A stretch of DNA of 64,000 nt, from assembly GCA_030390025.1 (NCBI GenBank), contig CM059452.1, positions 10,230,001 to 10,294,000 on the forward strand. The letters are read 5' to 3'. The notes beneath the pieces are model-generated. The model saw only the letters and a list, made by a program, of their open reading frames with translations. It was not told the origin of the DNA and searched no databases. The DNA comes from Squalus acanthias. Its lineage: Eukaryota. Below, one piece after another: positions 24,139 to 37,025 of the stretch (the first letter of the stretch is position 1; each line of letters opens with the position of its first letter). The position numbers and the translations under genes are program-made.

Positions 24139-24175
24139 GTAAGAAACATTCACTCTTTCAGCAACTGTTCTATTT

Positions 24176-25450
24176 ATGTCTTTATTTTATATTTCTGTTT
24201 ATTTCAATAATTCATTCATTCACTGAAACTTGGGTTCGATGGATTCTGTATTGAGATTTTTTGCTCTGTTTCATTCGATTCTGCTGCAATGGGATAATAG
24301 ATTTAAACAGTTTCTTCAGAAAAAGTGTTGTTGAGGGATTGAGCCCCTGATTGATGTGATTTGGTGTTTATCTGCTGATGAGACTGTGAGCCTGAGTTAC
24401 TTTAAATACCCAACGGTTGTTGAACTGTTTGGCGATTCTACAATGTTTACTCTCGGTGACATCTAATGGTTGGTGGTTTTCTGATCAAATGTAAACATTA
24501 TGTGACTAAATGTGTTTGAAATAAGATTGCAGACAGAAAACAGAAAGATTTAGCGGTCAAAAATAATCTTAAGATATTTTAATGTATTTTTATTTGTGAT
24601 ATTTACATTATCATCTATTAATCTAATGTTCACCAACGGTCATATTCAATACGTGAAATGTTACTGTAATTTATAACTACATAATCAACACATTTGTCTC
24701 CTGAATGAGATTTAACTTAATATCAATAAAGTTATCATATGTAGTAATATCACCCAATATCACAACAATATCCTATATCAATAGTAATTTATTAACCATG
24801 ATCCGTCTACTCAGAATTCCGCTATCATTATTTTATATTTTTGTTTATTTCAATAATTAATTCGTTCAGTGATAGATGGGTTCGCTGGATTCTGTATTGA
24901 GATTTTTTTGCAAAGTTACATTTGATTCTGCTGAAAGGGTTTGTAGAATGAAGCTGCTTCTCCACAAAACGTTCTGTTGCGGGATTCAGCCCCTCAGTGA
25001 TGTGATTTGCTGTTTATCTGCTGAGGAGAGTGTGTGCCTGGGTTACTTTGAATAAGTAAAGTTTGTGAAACTGTTTGGAGTTTCTGCAATGTTTAATCTC
25101 GGTGACATCGAACTGCTGCAGGTTTTCTGATCTGTTTAAAACTGTTTGAAAGATGATTGTAGGCAGACAACAAGTAGGTTTTATAAATCAAAAATCATTT
25201 AAAAATAATTTAAAGCATGTTTTTATTGAAGTGAGAATTACAGATTAAACTATTAATCTATGGTTTACGGTGCTCACATTTAATAGGTGAAATATTACTG
25301 AAATTACGAATTATATAATTAACAATTGGCAGGTTGAAGGAGAGTTAAATTAATATAACTCAAACGATTATAATGCGGTAATATCGCCCAATATCACTCA
25401 ATATGCTGTAGTAATAATATTAATGTATTAAACATTATTCACCTTCCACA
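24176..25450 (+). repeat. ~650-bp tandem duplication at the start of the J-C intron
   Basis: TTTTATATTT.TGTTTATTTCAATAATT...GGATTCTGTATTGAGATTTTTT at about 24185 and 24831; alignable to ATATC.CCCAATATCAC at about 24787 and 25382. Confidence 0.8.
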
Positions 25451-27639
25451 ATTATGCTGAGCACTGGTCACAATTAACCTGAGCGGCGAATTTTAGAGGC
25501 TGGAGACAATTTCTGATTATGTCTGAAATTATTTTAATAACAGCAGACTGATTCCATCGCAGTGTTCAGTTTAATGAGGGTTTGAAATTAAATATTATCT
25601 CCCTGTTTCACACAGATGAATGACAGATTGTATTTAATTATGCATTAAATGCGAGTATAAAGTTCAGTTTGTAAATGTAATAAATCTGCCGGGTTATTAA
25701 ATTCTTACTGTGCAGCGGAAACCATGTAATTCCTTCAATATTATTTATTGTTTGATAGCGAGACAATTATCACTAAACTAATCTTAAACAGTTTGTAATA
25801 TCATAGGCTGAGCGGTCGCTGGCAGTCAAAGAATTGTTCATATGATTCTATTTAAATTCATGGAAGGTGCAGACTGCGTAAGGCTGGAGACAGACAAATA
25901 ACCCATTGACATCCAAGCAGATTAATTTAATTATAAAATGTTAATATTAGTTTTGAATTTAATAACAACATCCTGACTCCTATAGCTGTGCTGTATACGG
26001 GATAGAATTATAGACAGTGAACAGATTACTTCTGAGAGTTATGTTTAATTCTCATTAATGTTAAATTGATCAACAAAATCTCTCCTCCATTTGCTCATTA
26101 AATTTCAGTGTCGCAGATGGTCTGATTGATTTGTTCTCCTCCAGTTTTACACTGATCATTCTGGAACTGATTTTCAATAAATAGCAGAATATATTTAATA
26201 ATTAATTTACGAGCATTGTGTGAATTACGGGAGTAAAGTATAAAAAGATTGTCTGTTATTAAATAGCGGAGGCTCTGTTACTGACTGCAAACTGGCCGGT
26301 TGTCTTTTAATTCACGAAAATAGTATTTATAGTTAAGATCGAGGACAATGTTTAAACTCGAGAGCCCTGCTTTAGTAAACATACGGTGTTACAGTCCATT
26401 GGTAGTTAGTGAGATGTGACCACGGCCAGACTTTGAACTATTTAAAATAGTCCACTCCTAAATCCATCATGTGAAATCCACTCTGAGAAAAGATGGAGTT
26501 TATGTTGTATCAGAGAGTTCAGAAACATGCATTGTTTACAAGTGTGCAGATAGAGAGCGGGAATGTATTAGAAGTTAGTGACCATTATAAACTATTCAAA
26601 TGTGATTTGATTTAAGTAAAAGTAATATATTTGTCTGAACGTCTTTATCTATTAATATGATTTTTAATATTTTAATATTGATAGGTGTCATGTTAATTTA
26701 ATTGAAACCATATAAGTTCACAAGTTATCAGGCAGAAACAGGATTAAAATTAATATCAACTAATTTTATTATAATGCAGCTAACATCAATATTAACATAG
26801 AATATAATATGAGTGTGAATTTATTAAACATAAATGACCTCCCACATTTGCATTGTATACTGGACAGGATTACAGTTACTGCAAAATCTGAAGGGTTGGA
26901 GAGAATTTTAAATTATGTCTAAAATTAATTTAGAAACAATACATGTCTTACTCAGCTGTGCTCAGCTCGAGAAGGTGTCTCCGCAGATTTTAATGAATTA
27001 ACTTCGTGTTTTGCCTCGATGATTTTACCGGTTATATTTAATTATGAAATTATATTAACCCAGTGGTTCCTAGTTCGTTAAATTCTTACTCTGTCACGGA
27101 GTCCCTGTTATATGCAGCAAATTACCCAGTAATATGAATTATTTCAGTAAACTGGTTTTCAGGGAAACTAAATCTTATTTGTTTGTAAGATTGCAGACAG
27201 GGAGGGAGAAATGGTTTGAAGTCGAAGAGAGTTTTTCAAATAAAGATCAGTTTAATTTCAGAAAACGTGCAGACATGAGGTGGTCGGAAATTGACAAGAG
27301 ATCAATTAGAAATCAGCTTCATTGAAATTGACAGATTGAAGAGATCTATCTGCTGAGAGCACGATTGTTGCACCGTTTGTGTCTGTTCTGTTTCTGTGCG
27401 CCTGCTCACTGTGTGAGAATCAGGAGTCCTCCTGACTGCTTGTAAACCTGCTGGTTTGTTCTCTTGTGTTTCATGGAGTACAATTCGACTCATTTATTTC
27501 AGAAGCTTGTATCTGTGAGAAAAGCGATAGTTTGACTTTCAGTTTGAGGAGGCGCCTCCGAACTGGGATCAGTAATCCAGTTTGAGACAATCAGAAGGAG
27601 CATTTCAGAAACACATCTGGCAGAGAGTAGAAAGAGCTT

Positions 27640-28260
27640 TAATCAGTTTGTAACCCGTGCTGTACCTGCCCTGGGAGTGTTTGATGCGATAGTGTAGACG
27701 GTGCTTTACTCTGTATCTAACCTGTGCTGTACCTACCCTGGGAGTGTTTGATGGGACAGTGTACAGGGAGCTTTACTCTGTATCGAACCTGTGCTGTACC
27801 TGCCCTGCGAGTGTTTGATGGGAAAGTGTAGAGTGAGCTTTACTCTGTATCTAACCCGTGCTGAACTGCCCTGGGAGTGTTTGATGGGACAGTGTAGAGG
27901 GAGCTTTACTCTGTATCTAACCTGTGCTGTACCTGCCCTGGGAGTGTTTGATGGGACAGTGTCGACGGAGCTTTACTCTGTATCTAACCCGTGCTGTACC
28001 TGCCCCGTGAATCTTTGATGGTGCAGTGTAAAGGGAGAATTTACTCTGTATCTATCCCTTGTTGTAGCTGCCTTGGGAATGTTTGATTTTGCAATGTAGT
28101 TGGAGCTTTACTCTGTATTTAACCAGTGCGGTGCCTTACCCGGAGTGTTTGAGAGTGCTGTGCAGACTTGGCGTTGCTCGGAATCAATCCCTTCCTATAC
28201 CCGTCAGTACAGCGCATAGCAGGGCAGTGCAGAGGGAGCTTTACTCTGTATCTGTACTGT
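27640..28260 (+). repeat. 67-bp tandem repeat (GTGCTGTACCTGCCCTGGGAGTGTTTGATGGGACAGTGTAGAGGGAGCTTTACTCTGTATCTAACCC)
   Basis: About 7-8 diverged copies. Confidence 0.9.
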
Positions 28261-29009
28261 AACAGATCTGTGAGTGCTTTGTCCCGTGTTGTTCAAGGAA
28301 CCTTAATGTGCATCCAATTAATAAAGTGTGAGTTCTCCAGCCAGATATATAAAAATAAAACTTTCCATTGCTCCGATGAAACAACCGCGCATTAATTGAG
28401 TTTAACCTCATTGCAAATAAAACTGTCCATTTTTTAATGAATTGAAAAACTTTAAACATTTTGAGCATCAGATAATGATTGCATGAGATTGGCCTGATCC
28501 TGAGTTCACTTTCAGAACAAACAGTTTCAGGAAGTGACTGTAACGCTCCAGAAAGCAGCGCCTGTTCTGATCTGATGGGAGGCGGGAAGTTATTTTGAGA
28601 ATTTAAATGGAGAATGTCGAGACTCCCGCTCCAAATAACCATCCTGGGAACCTTATGTTTGAAAGCATTATATCGTTCAATTGTTTTTTAAAAAGGTAAC
28701 AGGCCGGGACAAACTCGGCTGAGGTTCAGTTATTGGACTGGGTCACAGCACAAGGCTCACAGTCACTGAGCCGCACCTCTGTGAAACATTTAAAGAGAAA
28801 CAGTCAGCCTGCGATGAGTCGTCATTCACAATAAGCGTTAAGACTCTGTGACGGGATCCGATTGAATCATTTGATTCAAATTCCTCAGTTCCTTTATTTA
28901 AACATCCTCTTGTATTATAACAAACAATAAAATAGATCTGATAGAGGTGTTCAACATTATGAAGCCTTTCCTTCCATTAAATCGGGAAGAACTAATTCCG
29001 CTGAGCCGT

Positions 29010-29700
29010 GTAGAATCACAGAATCTCAGAGCACAGAAGGGGCCATTCGGCCCGTCTTGCCTGTGCTGGCTTTGAACGAGCTGTCCAATCAAATCCCAGC
29101 TTTTTCCTCGTAACCCTCCAATGAGTCTCTTCAAGAACATGTCCAGTTGCCTCGTGCATTCCAGAAATTAACAACACTCCGTTTGAAAAAATGAGCCTCA
29201 TTTCCCCTCTAGATATTTTGCCAATTATTTTAATTCTGTGACCTTTGGTTACCGACATACTCGCCAGAAGAAACCGTGTCTCCCGACTTGCTCTGACAAA
29301 ACCTCCCTCAATTTTGAACAGCTCTATTAGGTCTCCCCTTAACCTTCACTGCTCCAAGGAACAATCCCAGCTTATCCAATCTCTCCACATAACTGAAGTC
29401 TCTCATCCCTGGTATCATCCTGGTCAACCTCCTCTGAACCCTCTCCAAGGTCTTGTCATCCTTCCTAAATTGTGGTGTCAGAATTGTGTACACTACTCCA
29501 TCTGATGCCTAACCAGTGATTGGTAAATGTTTAGCAGGACTTCCTTGTTTTTGTATTCAATGCCCCGATTGCAGTGGCAAGTATCCCACACACTTCTGGA
29601 ACCGCCTGATCAACTTGCCCTGCCACCTTCACAGATTTGTGAATAAGCAGCCCAGGTCCCTCTGCTCTTGCTTCCCCCACAAACCAGAAGCCAGAGTTGC
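29010..29700 (-). mobile_element. CR1-like LINE 3' fragment
   Basis: LERVQRRLTRMIPGMRDFSYVERLDKLGLF. Confidence 0.8.
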
Positions 29701-30862
29701 CCATATCAGCAGTCAGCACATTAGTTATTGTTTGTCCTTCCTTGCATAGAACCCACTGTTATCCAATCGATTTATAATGTTTAAGGATTGCCAATATTAG
29801 ATATTTAGAGAAGAAACCTGTGCCGATGTTTAGATTATGTTCGGTACAAACAGCAACAAGAAGTGACTGTAACTTCCCAGAAAGCAGCGCCTGTTCTCAC
29901 TGGTGGGAGGTTGGAAAGTAATTTGGAAAATGAAATGGAGCATTTAAAGAGCATCGTTCCATATAACCGGCTTTGGGAATTGTATTTAATTCGGATTATT
30001 TAATTGAGTGAGTGGGAGGAGGGAACTCAGGAGACATCCATTCAGTAGAATGGGATCGAGCACAAGTCACACAGCATCGCTCTCCCTCCAATTCTGAGAA
30101 GGAAAGAGAGAGACTCGAATCAATCCCGATTCATCTAAAGCTTGAATCTTAGAAACCAGGCTGTGCAAAAGTTCCCTATTCAAAGCTGTGCGCTGAATTA
30201 TTCCGATCACATTTTAAAGGAGACTTCAACCATTTATTGTAAACGTCCTTTATTGTCATGGGAACAAAGACGATTTAGATGAGATCTGATAGAGGGGTTT
30301 GGAATTCTAAAGGGTTTTATGAAGGGATTCGGGAAACATATTTCCCCGGGTCGGTGAGTTGGTGAGTAAACGTCACTGATTGAACATCAGCAACAACAGA
30401 ATGAAGGGCGGGGGTATTATTTTACTTTTATACACAGGGGGCTGTTAAACATGAGATGTCCTATCAGAAAGAGGGCTGCATGCAGAATCCACAACAGCTC
30501 GATAAAATTGCACAGTTGAGAAGATTGGGAATTGGAAGGTGCACGGGATTGGTGGAGAGATCTTACAGAGGGGTGACTGGTCGAATGGCCTCCTTCTGTG
30601 CTGTAAAGTTGTAATATTTTATAATTCTGGTCATGCTCTATAAACATGCTGGGATTTGTTTTAAAGGTAATACAACTAGTAGATCTAGCTGTAGGAGTTG
30701 TGTGATTAGGAGAACTAATCCCACCGCTATTCAAACAAGTCTATCCCCTGAAAACAACAACTTGCATTTATATAGCGCCTTTAACGTAGTAAAACGTCCC
30801 AAGACGATTCACAGGAGCGGAAGCAAATACAATCTGACACCGAGCCACATAAGGAGATATCG

Positions 30863-31617
30863 GCCTAGAAATTCGATTCGGAGGCTGGAGGGGTAAGGAT
30901 CGCGCGCGATATCAGCTACCGCGTCTGCCATTCTTGTTTCCCCACGCAGGAACCTCGGGTCCTGGGCCTCTCCCTCGTGCCGGCGCGCAGTGCTTGCGTG
31001 TTCCAAGGGCGCAGTTAGTGCGATGCGACCCCTGGGATCACGTGGGCCATGGAGAGCCAATGGCAGCAGACCATCTTCAATTCATAGATTTGACAGGAGA
31101 CCTGTCAAATCTGTGACTTGAAATCGGCCCCAAAAGAACAGCTAAACCTCAAATAAAAAAAAACATCACATTAATAAATTAACTATAGTTAAATAAATTA
31201 ACCACTTTAAACAAATATTTAAATTTTTGAAAAAATTAAAATACTTTTTAAAAGTTATAAAAATAAACTTACCTTTTTTAAAGTCTCTAAAAAAGATAAA
31301 CCTGTTGAAATTTTTTTAAAAATTATACTTAATTAACTACTTACCTTGTTCAAAAGGGGTCTTACGCCTCCTTTTTTACCAGCGTCGCTTCTTCAATACT
31401 TACCCTAGCGTTGAAACCTGGAAAAAAAACCTAAGTGTGCTGCGTGCGCGCAGCCTCTAGTGCGTCCGCGGTTCACCTCGGAATCGCCCCATTCGGCATA
31501 CCGGAAGTGCCGGTTTCCCGCGCATGCGCAGTGCATGCAGGAAACCGGCACTTCGGGAATGAATACGGGTGAGTTCGCACTGAGTACTCACCCGAGAACG
31601 GCCGAATTTTTTGGCCA
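30863..31617. mobile_element. MITE-like element with imperfect TIRs, inserted in a SINE-tail-like repeat
   Basis: GGCCTAGAAATTCG ... CGAATTTTTTGGCC, with an internal hairpin at about 31496-31560. Confidence 0.55.
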
Positions 31618-32161
31618 TCATGTTTTCTTTAGTATGGTTGGTAGTTACTCTGACAGTTGAACAAAAGCTTGGTCAAAGAGGTAGGTTTTAAGGCAGCATC
31701 TTACAATGGAGAGATGACGAAACTTTGATATAATGGAATGGCCCGATTCTGTGCTGATAATAAGAGGCTGACAGCAAAAGGATGTAGGGAGGAGCTCAGT
31801 GGACAGAATGTGAAAAAATCTAATGTGAAAGTGGTTGGGGAATGAGGGGAGTGTTCCATAACAGGCGATCAAGAGCTGGAGGAAGTCCACGATACAATAT
31901 TACGGCATTCACTCGGTATAAAGGGGCCTCATGGACAGAATGCCCCTTTCAGACTCCTGACTTTTCTTATGTAGAAGACTGGAGTCACATGAAGGCATTT
32001 CACGTCGTGTCTCACAACTCACAGAAACTCAAATACTGATGTAGGTTTTGATCGACAAATGATGGAATTAGTTGATCCTGTCGTCACATTTCGAGTTGTT
32101 TGGTTATGTTATAAGCACGGATTACAGAGTCTAACTTGTTCAATTGGCCATTCTTTCCCAG

Positions 32162-32461
32162 CGACACAGTCTCCTCCCACCCTCTACGCCCTGCTCTCCT
32201 CCTGTGAACAACCCAACACCGGCGGCCCCGTCACATACGGCTGTTTGGCGATGGACTACTTCCCGGAAATCACCAGCCTTTCCTGGAGTAAAGATAAAGA
32301 GCCGATCACCACTGGATTGAAGACCTACCCGTCAGTGTTCAACAAGAAGGGAACCTACACCCTGAGCAGCCAGTTAACCGTCACCGAGTCAGAGGTGGGG
32401 AGCAGCACAATCTACTGCCAGGTTCGACGAAGTGGGTCGGACTGGATTGTCAAAATGCCAG
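32162..32461 (+). CDS. IGHM: IgM CH1 exon
   Basis: CCCAG|, [17 protein letters not shown]...[10 protein letters not shown]...W...YCQV..KMP G|GTTAGT; 300 nt, phase 1-1, with the light-chain-linking Cys. Confidence 0.95.
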
Positions 32462-32479
32462 GTTAGTGTTGTGGGATAC

Positions 32480-33232
32480 AGGGGGGAAACTGTGAAAAGC
32501 AGAGAAGTTATGTTCAACTGCTATACAACTTTGGTTAGACCAGACTTTGAGTACTGTGTACAGGTCTGGTCTCCATATCACACTTAGAGTACTGTGCACA
32601 GGATGGTCTCCATATCACACTGAGAGTACTGTGTACAGGTCTGGTCTCCAAATCACACTTAGAGTACTGTGTACAGGTCTGATCTCCATATCACACTAAG
32701 AATACTGTGTACAGGTCTGGTTTCCATATTATAAGAATGATACAGAGGCACTGGAGAAGTGCAAAAAAAAGATTTACAGCGACAATACCAGAACTGAAAA
32801 ATTGTAACTGTCAAGAACGGGTTTGGGATCTTTTCTCTAGAAAAGAGAAGGTTGAGGGATGACCGAATAGAGGTCTTTAAAATTATGAAGGGGTTTGAAA
32901 GGATAGATGTAGAGACAATATTTCTGCTTGAGGAGGAGCCCGATACTAGGGGCCATGAATATAAGATAATCACTGATAAATCCAAAGGGAATTCAGGAGA
33001 AACTTCTTTACCCAGAGAGTGGGTAGAATGTGGAACTCGCCACCACATGGAGTAGTTGAGGCGAATAGAATAGATGTGTTTCAGGGGAATCTAGATAGGT
33101 ACAGGAGGGAGAAAGGAATAGAAGGTTATGTTGATGAGGGAGATGAAGTAGGGAGAGAGGAGGCTCATGTGGAGCATAAACACCGACCTGTTGGGCCGAG
33201 TGGCCTGTTTCTGTGTTGTAGATTCTATGTAA
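32480..33232 (+). mobile_element. CR1-like fragment with internal ~37-bp tandem repeat (32545-32725)
   Basis: CR1 RT C-terminal motifs; about five copies of GAGTACTGTGTACAGGTCTGGTCTCCATATCACAC. Confidence 0.75.
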
Positions 33233-33301
33233 GAAACCGCTTTACAGTTCTTATTGTTTGGATTACAACAAATAATCCCAATAAAATGTATCTTCTTGCA
33301 G

Positions 33302-33613
33302 ATCGTGTGGTACATCATCCAACTGTGATCCTCACCCTGAGTTCCAGTGAAGAAATCATCAGCAGCAGGTCTGCAACCGCCGTGTGTTCAATCATCGATT
33401 TCCGTCCAATGTCACTGACGGTGAATTGGCTGAAGAATGGACAACTCATGGATTCGGGCTTCGTCACCTCTCCCGTCTTTAAAGTTAACGGGAACTTCTC
33501 GGCGACCAGTCTGCTGACATTCCCCACCGGGGAATGGTTCGCCGGCTCGGTCTATACCTGCCAGGTCTCTCATCAAGGGGACATCCAAAGCCGAAACATC
33601 ACCAGATCTCCGG
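33302..33613 (+). CDS. IGHM: IgM CH2 exon
   Basis: TTGCAG|, [11 protein letters not shown]...AVCSIIDF...WLKNG...YTCQVSH...RSP G|GTAAG; 312 nt. Confidence 0.95.
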
Positions 33614-33674
33614 GTAAGAGACACAATCCCGAGAAGTCCCAGGTCATTCTGAGCGCCCCACTCAGTCTGGAGTC

Positions 33675-34280
33675 ATAGAGTCATAACGGCACAGAAGGAT
33701 GCCATTCGGCCCATCGAGTCCGTGCCGGCTCTCTGTTGAGCAATCTAGTCAGTCCCATTCCCCTGCTCTATCCCTATAGCCCTGCAAGTTTATTTCCCTC
33801 AAGTGCCGATCTGGTCTCCCCTTGAAAACATTGAGTGTCTCCGCTTCCACCTCTTCCGTTCGCATTCCAGGTTATCACCACTCGCTGCGTAAAAAGGCTT
33901 TTCCACACAACGCCCCTGTATCTCTCGCCCAAAAGCTAAAATCTGTGACCCTAGTTCTTATGCCATCAACTAGTGGGAACAGCCTTTCCCCGTCAAGCCT
34001 ATCCAAACCCGTCATAATCTTGTACACTCTTATCAAATCACCCCTCAACCTCCTTTGCTCTAATGAAAACAAATCCAGCTTCTCCAACCTGTCCTTGTAG
34101 CTAAGACCCCCCATCCCCGGAACCATCCTGGTAAATCTCCTCTGCACCCTCTCAAGGGCCTTCAAATCCTTCATAAAACGTGGTGATCAGAACTAGACGC
34201 AATGCTCCAGTTGTGGCCTAACCAGCGCTTTATAAAGGTTCAGCATAACTTCTCTACTTTTGTAATCAATACCTCTATTG
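33675..34280 (-). mobile_element. CR1-like LINE 3' fragment
   Basis: LERVQRRFTRMVPG...RRLRGDLI. Confidence 0.85.
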
Positions 34281-34569
34281 TTTTGTTGGACTTTTATTGG
34301 AATTAGTAAAAAGCACAGATCTATTTCTAATTTCCAATCATACAGTTTATGTTTCCTTCCGATGTCAGTGCTGACCCAGGGTTCCTCACGGTTCAGGATT
34401 CCAAGCACTTCGCCAAAGGTTTCCCTCAGCTGTGATGTCAGACAGTGAGCGAGGTGTCCGCGGTCTCAGGTTTATCCTGAGTTGGCTGATCATGTTCGGA
34501 GCTGCAGTAGGTGTCTGGAACCCTTTACTGGTAATTGTTTCGGGACCCACTGCTAGAAAGGACATCTGC

Positions 34570-35120
34570 CCTATTTAGAGAACTGCGTTCAATTCTGGGC
34601 ACCACACATCAGGTTGGATATACTGGCTTAAGAGGGGATGCAACGCAAATTCACCCGAATCATACCGGGGCTGAAAGGGTTAAATTATGAGGCCAGGTTG
34701 CACAGAATAGTCTTCTATTCCTTTGAGTATAGAAGATTAAGAGGTGATCTAATTGAGGTGTTTAAGTTGATAAATGAAATTGATGGGGGAGATAGAGAAA
34801 AACTATTTCCTCTGTGGCGGGAGTCCAGAACAAGGGGCATAACCTTCAAATTAGAACCGAGCCGTTCAGGGGTGATGTCAGGAAACACTTCTTCACACAA
34901 AGGACAGTGGAAATCTGGAACTCGCTCCCCCCAAATGCTGTTGAGGCTGGGGGTCAATTGAAAATTGCAAAACTGAGATTGATAGATGTTTGTGAGGCAA
35001 AGGTATCAAGGGTTACAGAAACAAGGCGGGTAGATGGTGTTGAGGTGTAGATCAGCCATGTTCTCATCGAATGTCGGAACAGGCTGGATGGGCTGAATGG
35101 CCTACTCCTGTTCCCATGTT
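34570..35120 (+). mobile_element. CR1-like LINE 3' fragment
   Basis: QRKFTRIIPGLKGLNYEARL...RRLRGDLIEVFK. Confidence 0.85.
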
Positions 35121-35762
35121 GCTATTAATGCCCTGCGGTCATATTTCCTTCTGACTCTCTCACCAGACATGTTAAGTGCTCACTAATGTCAGAAATGAAC
35201 AAACTACTTCACATCGGCATTACACATTATTCTCCACCCAAAGACCCCTTGGAAGTCCATTCTCCCGACCTTTCACTTCTCCTCTGACGGGGCCTGCAAC
35301 TGGTTCCTGGACTGCACCTAAAATCCTGGATATCATTTGACACTCGTTTTGAACCAGCGTAATATTCGTGCAGAGCTCTTGACCCTGGGGGTGGAGCCAT
35401 TATAATGAGCGGAAATGCGTTCGGGCACAAGGATCTATAGACGGGCGTAAAGGAGCAAGGGATTTCAGGAAGAGCGCTACTCAGTGCGTAACACAATTGC
35501 GCCCGGATTTATTCATTTTTTACGCCGGGTATTTGCTTCACAGCCCATTACAGGAGGCTCTGGGAGCAAATACACAGGAAATGTTAAAGAGTCTCCCGGA
35601 ATCGTTGTCAATTCGTTGTCCTTCCAATAACGATGGTGTTTAAGCAGCAACGAGAGGTTAATATCTCAAAGGTGATTTATTCTCCCTGAGAGAGTGAAGG
35701 CTGAATACTGGTGTCCTGATTCTGAAGATGAAGCTTTGCTTGATTTTCATTTCTGTTCACAG

Positions 35763-36071
35763 ATGGTTCCTCATGCAACGATCCAGAAATCACTCTTCCG
35801 CAACCGTCACTAGATCAGGTTTTACTGGAGGCGATGGTGACCTTAACCTGCGTCGTGTCTAATGCTCCTTATGGAGTCAACGTGTCCTGGACCCGAGCAA
35901 AGGAGACTTTGAAATCAGAGATTGCCGTCCAACCCGGAGAGGCTCCCAACAGTGTGATCAGCAACTTAAACATCTCGACACAGTCCTGGCTGAGTGGGGA
36001 TGAGTTCGACTGCGTGGTGAGCCATCAGGATATGCCGACTCCTATAAGAGATTCCATCCACAAGGAAAAAG
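35763..36071 (+). CDS. IGHM: IgM CH3 exon
   Basis: CACAG|, [16 protein letters not shown]...[16 protein letters not shown]...[18 protein letters not shown]|GTGAG; 309 nt. Confidence 0.95.
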
Positions 36072-36589
36072 GTGAGCGGTGAGATTGGAGCAATAAGTGA
36101 GACTCTGTGACTATTTCCGGTGTTTGCACACGGACCAATTCGTTCTATTAAGTGTTTTAATGGACTGCTCTGATAATTCAATGGGCAATTCCACTAACTA
36201 AACCCCCTGGGACCAGAGATGACGCATTTAAAGGGAAGTTGGATAAGTCAATGAGGGAAAAATGAATAGAAGGATATGTTATTAGGGTTAGATGAAGTAA
36301 GGTGGGAGGAGTCTCGTGTGGAGCATAAACAACGGCATTGACCAGTTGGGCCGAATGAACTGTTTCGATGATATAAATTCTATATAATTTTCCAGTCCAA
36401 CTCTTCAAGCTCCCAGAGAGAATGATTGAATCCCCCTCTGCTCCGGGCTGGAAAACCGGACAGGACACAGAGGGGAAAAGGGAATCCTTTAACATTCAGC
36501 GCAAGGCACATTTCTCTCACATCTAACCGCCGGTTTCACTGTCCCTGTAATTTTCCAGTTTATTGACCTTTATTGTGATTGTTCTGCAG

Positions 36590-36981
36590 TTAAAGATGCG
36601 CGGGAACCGTCCGTGTCTGTCCTCCTGCCCCCGGCAGAAGAAGTCTCCGCTCAGAGGTTCGTCACCCTCACCTGCTTAGTGAGAGGTTTCTCCCCCCAAG
36701 AGATCTTCGTCAAGTGGACCGTCAATGAAAAGCCGGTGAATTCCGGCAACTACAAGAACACCGAGGTGATGGCGGAGAACGGCAGCAGTTCCTTCTTCAT
36801 GTACAGCCTGTTATCCATTGCAGCGGAGGAATGGGCCAGCGGCGCTTCTTACTCCTGTGTGGTGGGACATGAAGCGATCCCCTTGAAGATCATCAACAGA
36901 ACGGTTAATAAATCGAGTGGTAAACCCAGTTTTGTCAACATTTCCCTTGTTCTGATGGACACCGTCAATTCTTGTCAATGA
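36590..36981 (+). CDS. IGHM: IgM CH4 exon with secretory tailpiece
   Basis: CTGCAG|, VKDAREPSV...LTCLVRGF...YSCVVGHEA...[24 protein letters not shown]. Internal membrane-form donor G|GTAAAC at 36919/36920. Confidence 0.97.
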
Positions 36982-37009
36982 GAATCTCTCGATTGCATTT
37001 CAGTTCTTG

Positions 37010-37025
37010 AATAAAAACCAATAAA
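37010..37025 (+). terminator. Polyadenylation signals for secreted IgM
   Basis: Two AATAAA hexamers 30-45 nt after the stop codon. Confidence 0.75.

Noticed and set aside
27640-28260. Class-switch region in the J-C intron
   Set aside because: Only about 0.6 kb with one AGCT per unit. It resembles a common shark tandem repeat, and sharks lack canonical switch regions.
23609-36981. Calling the IgH gene IgM1gj, IgW or IgNAR
   Set aside because: It has four mu-type CH exons including CH2, the mu tailpiece and mu TM exons. IgM1gj lacks CH2, and IgW and IgNAR constant regions differ.
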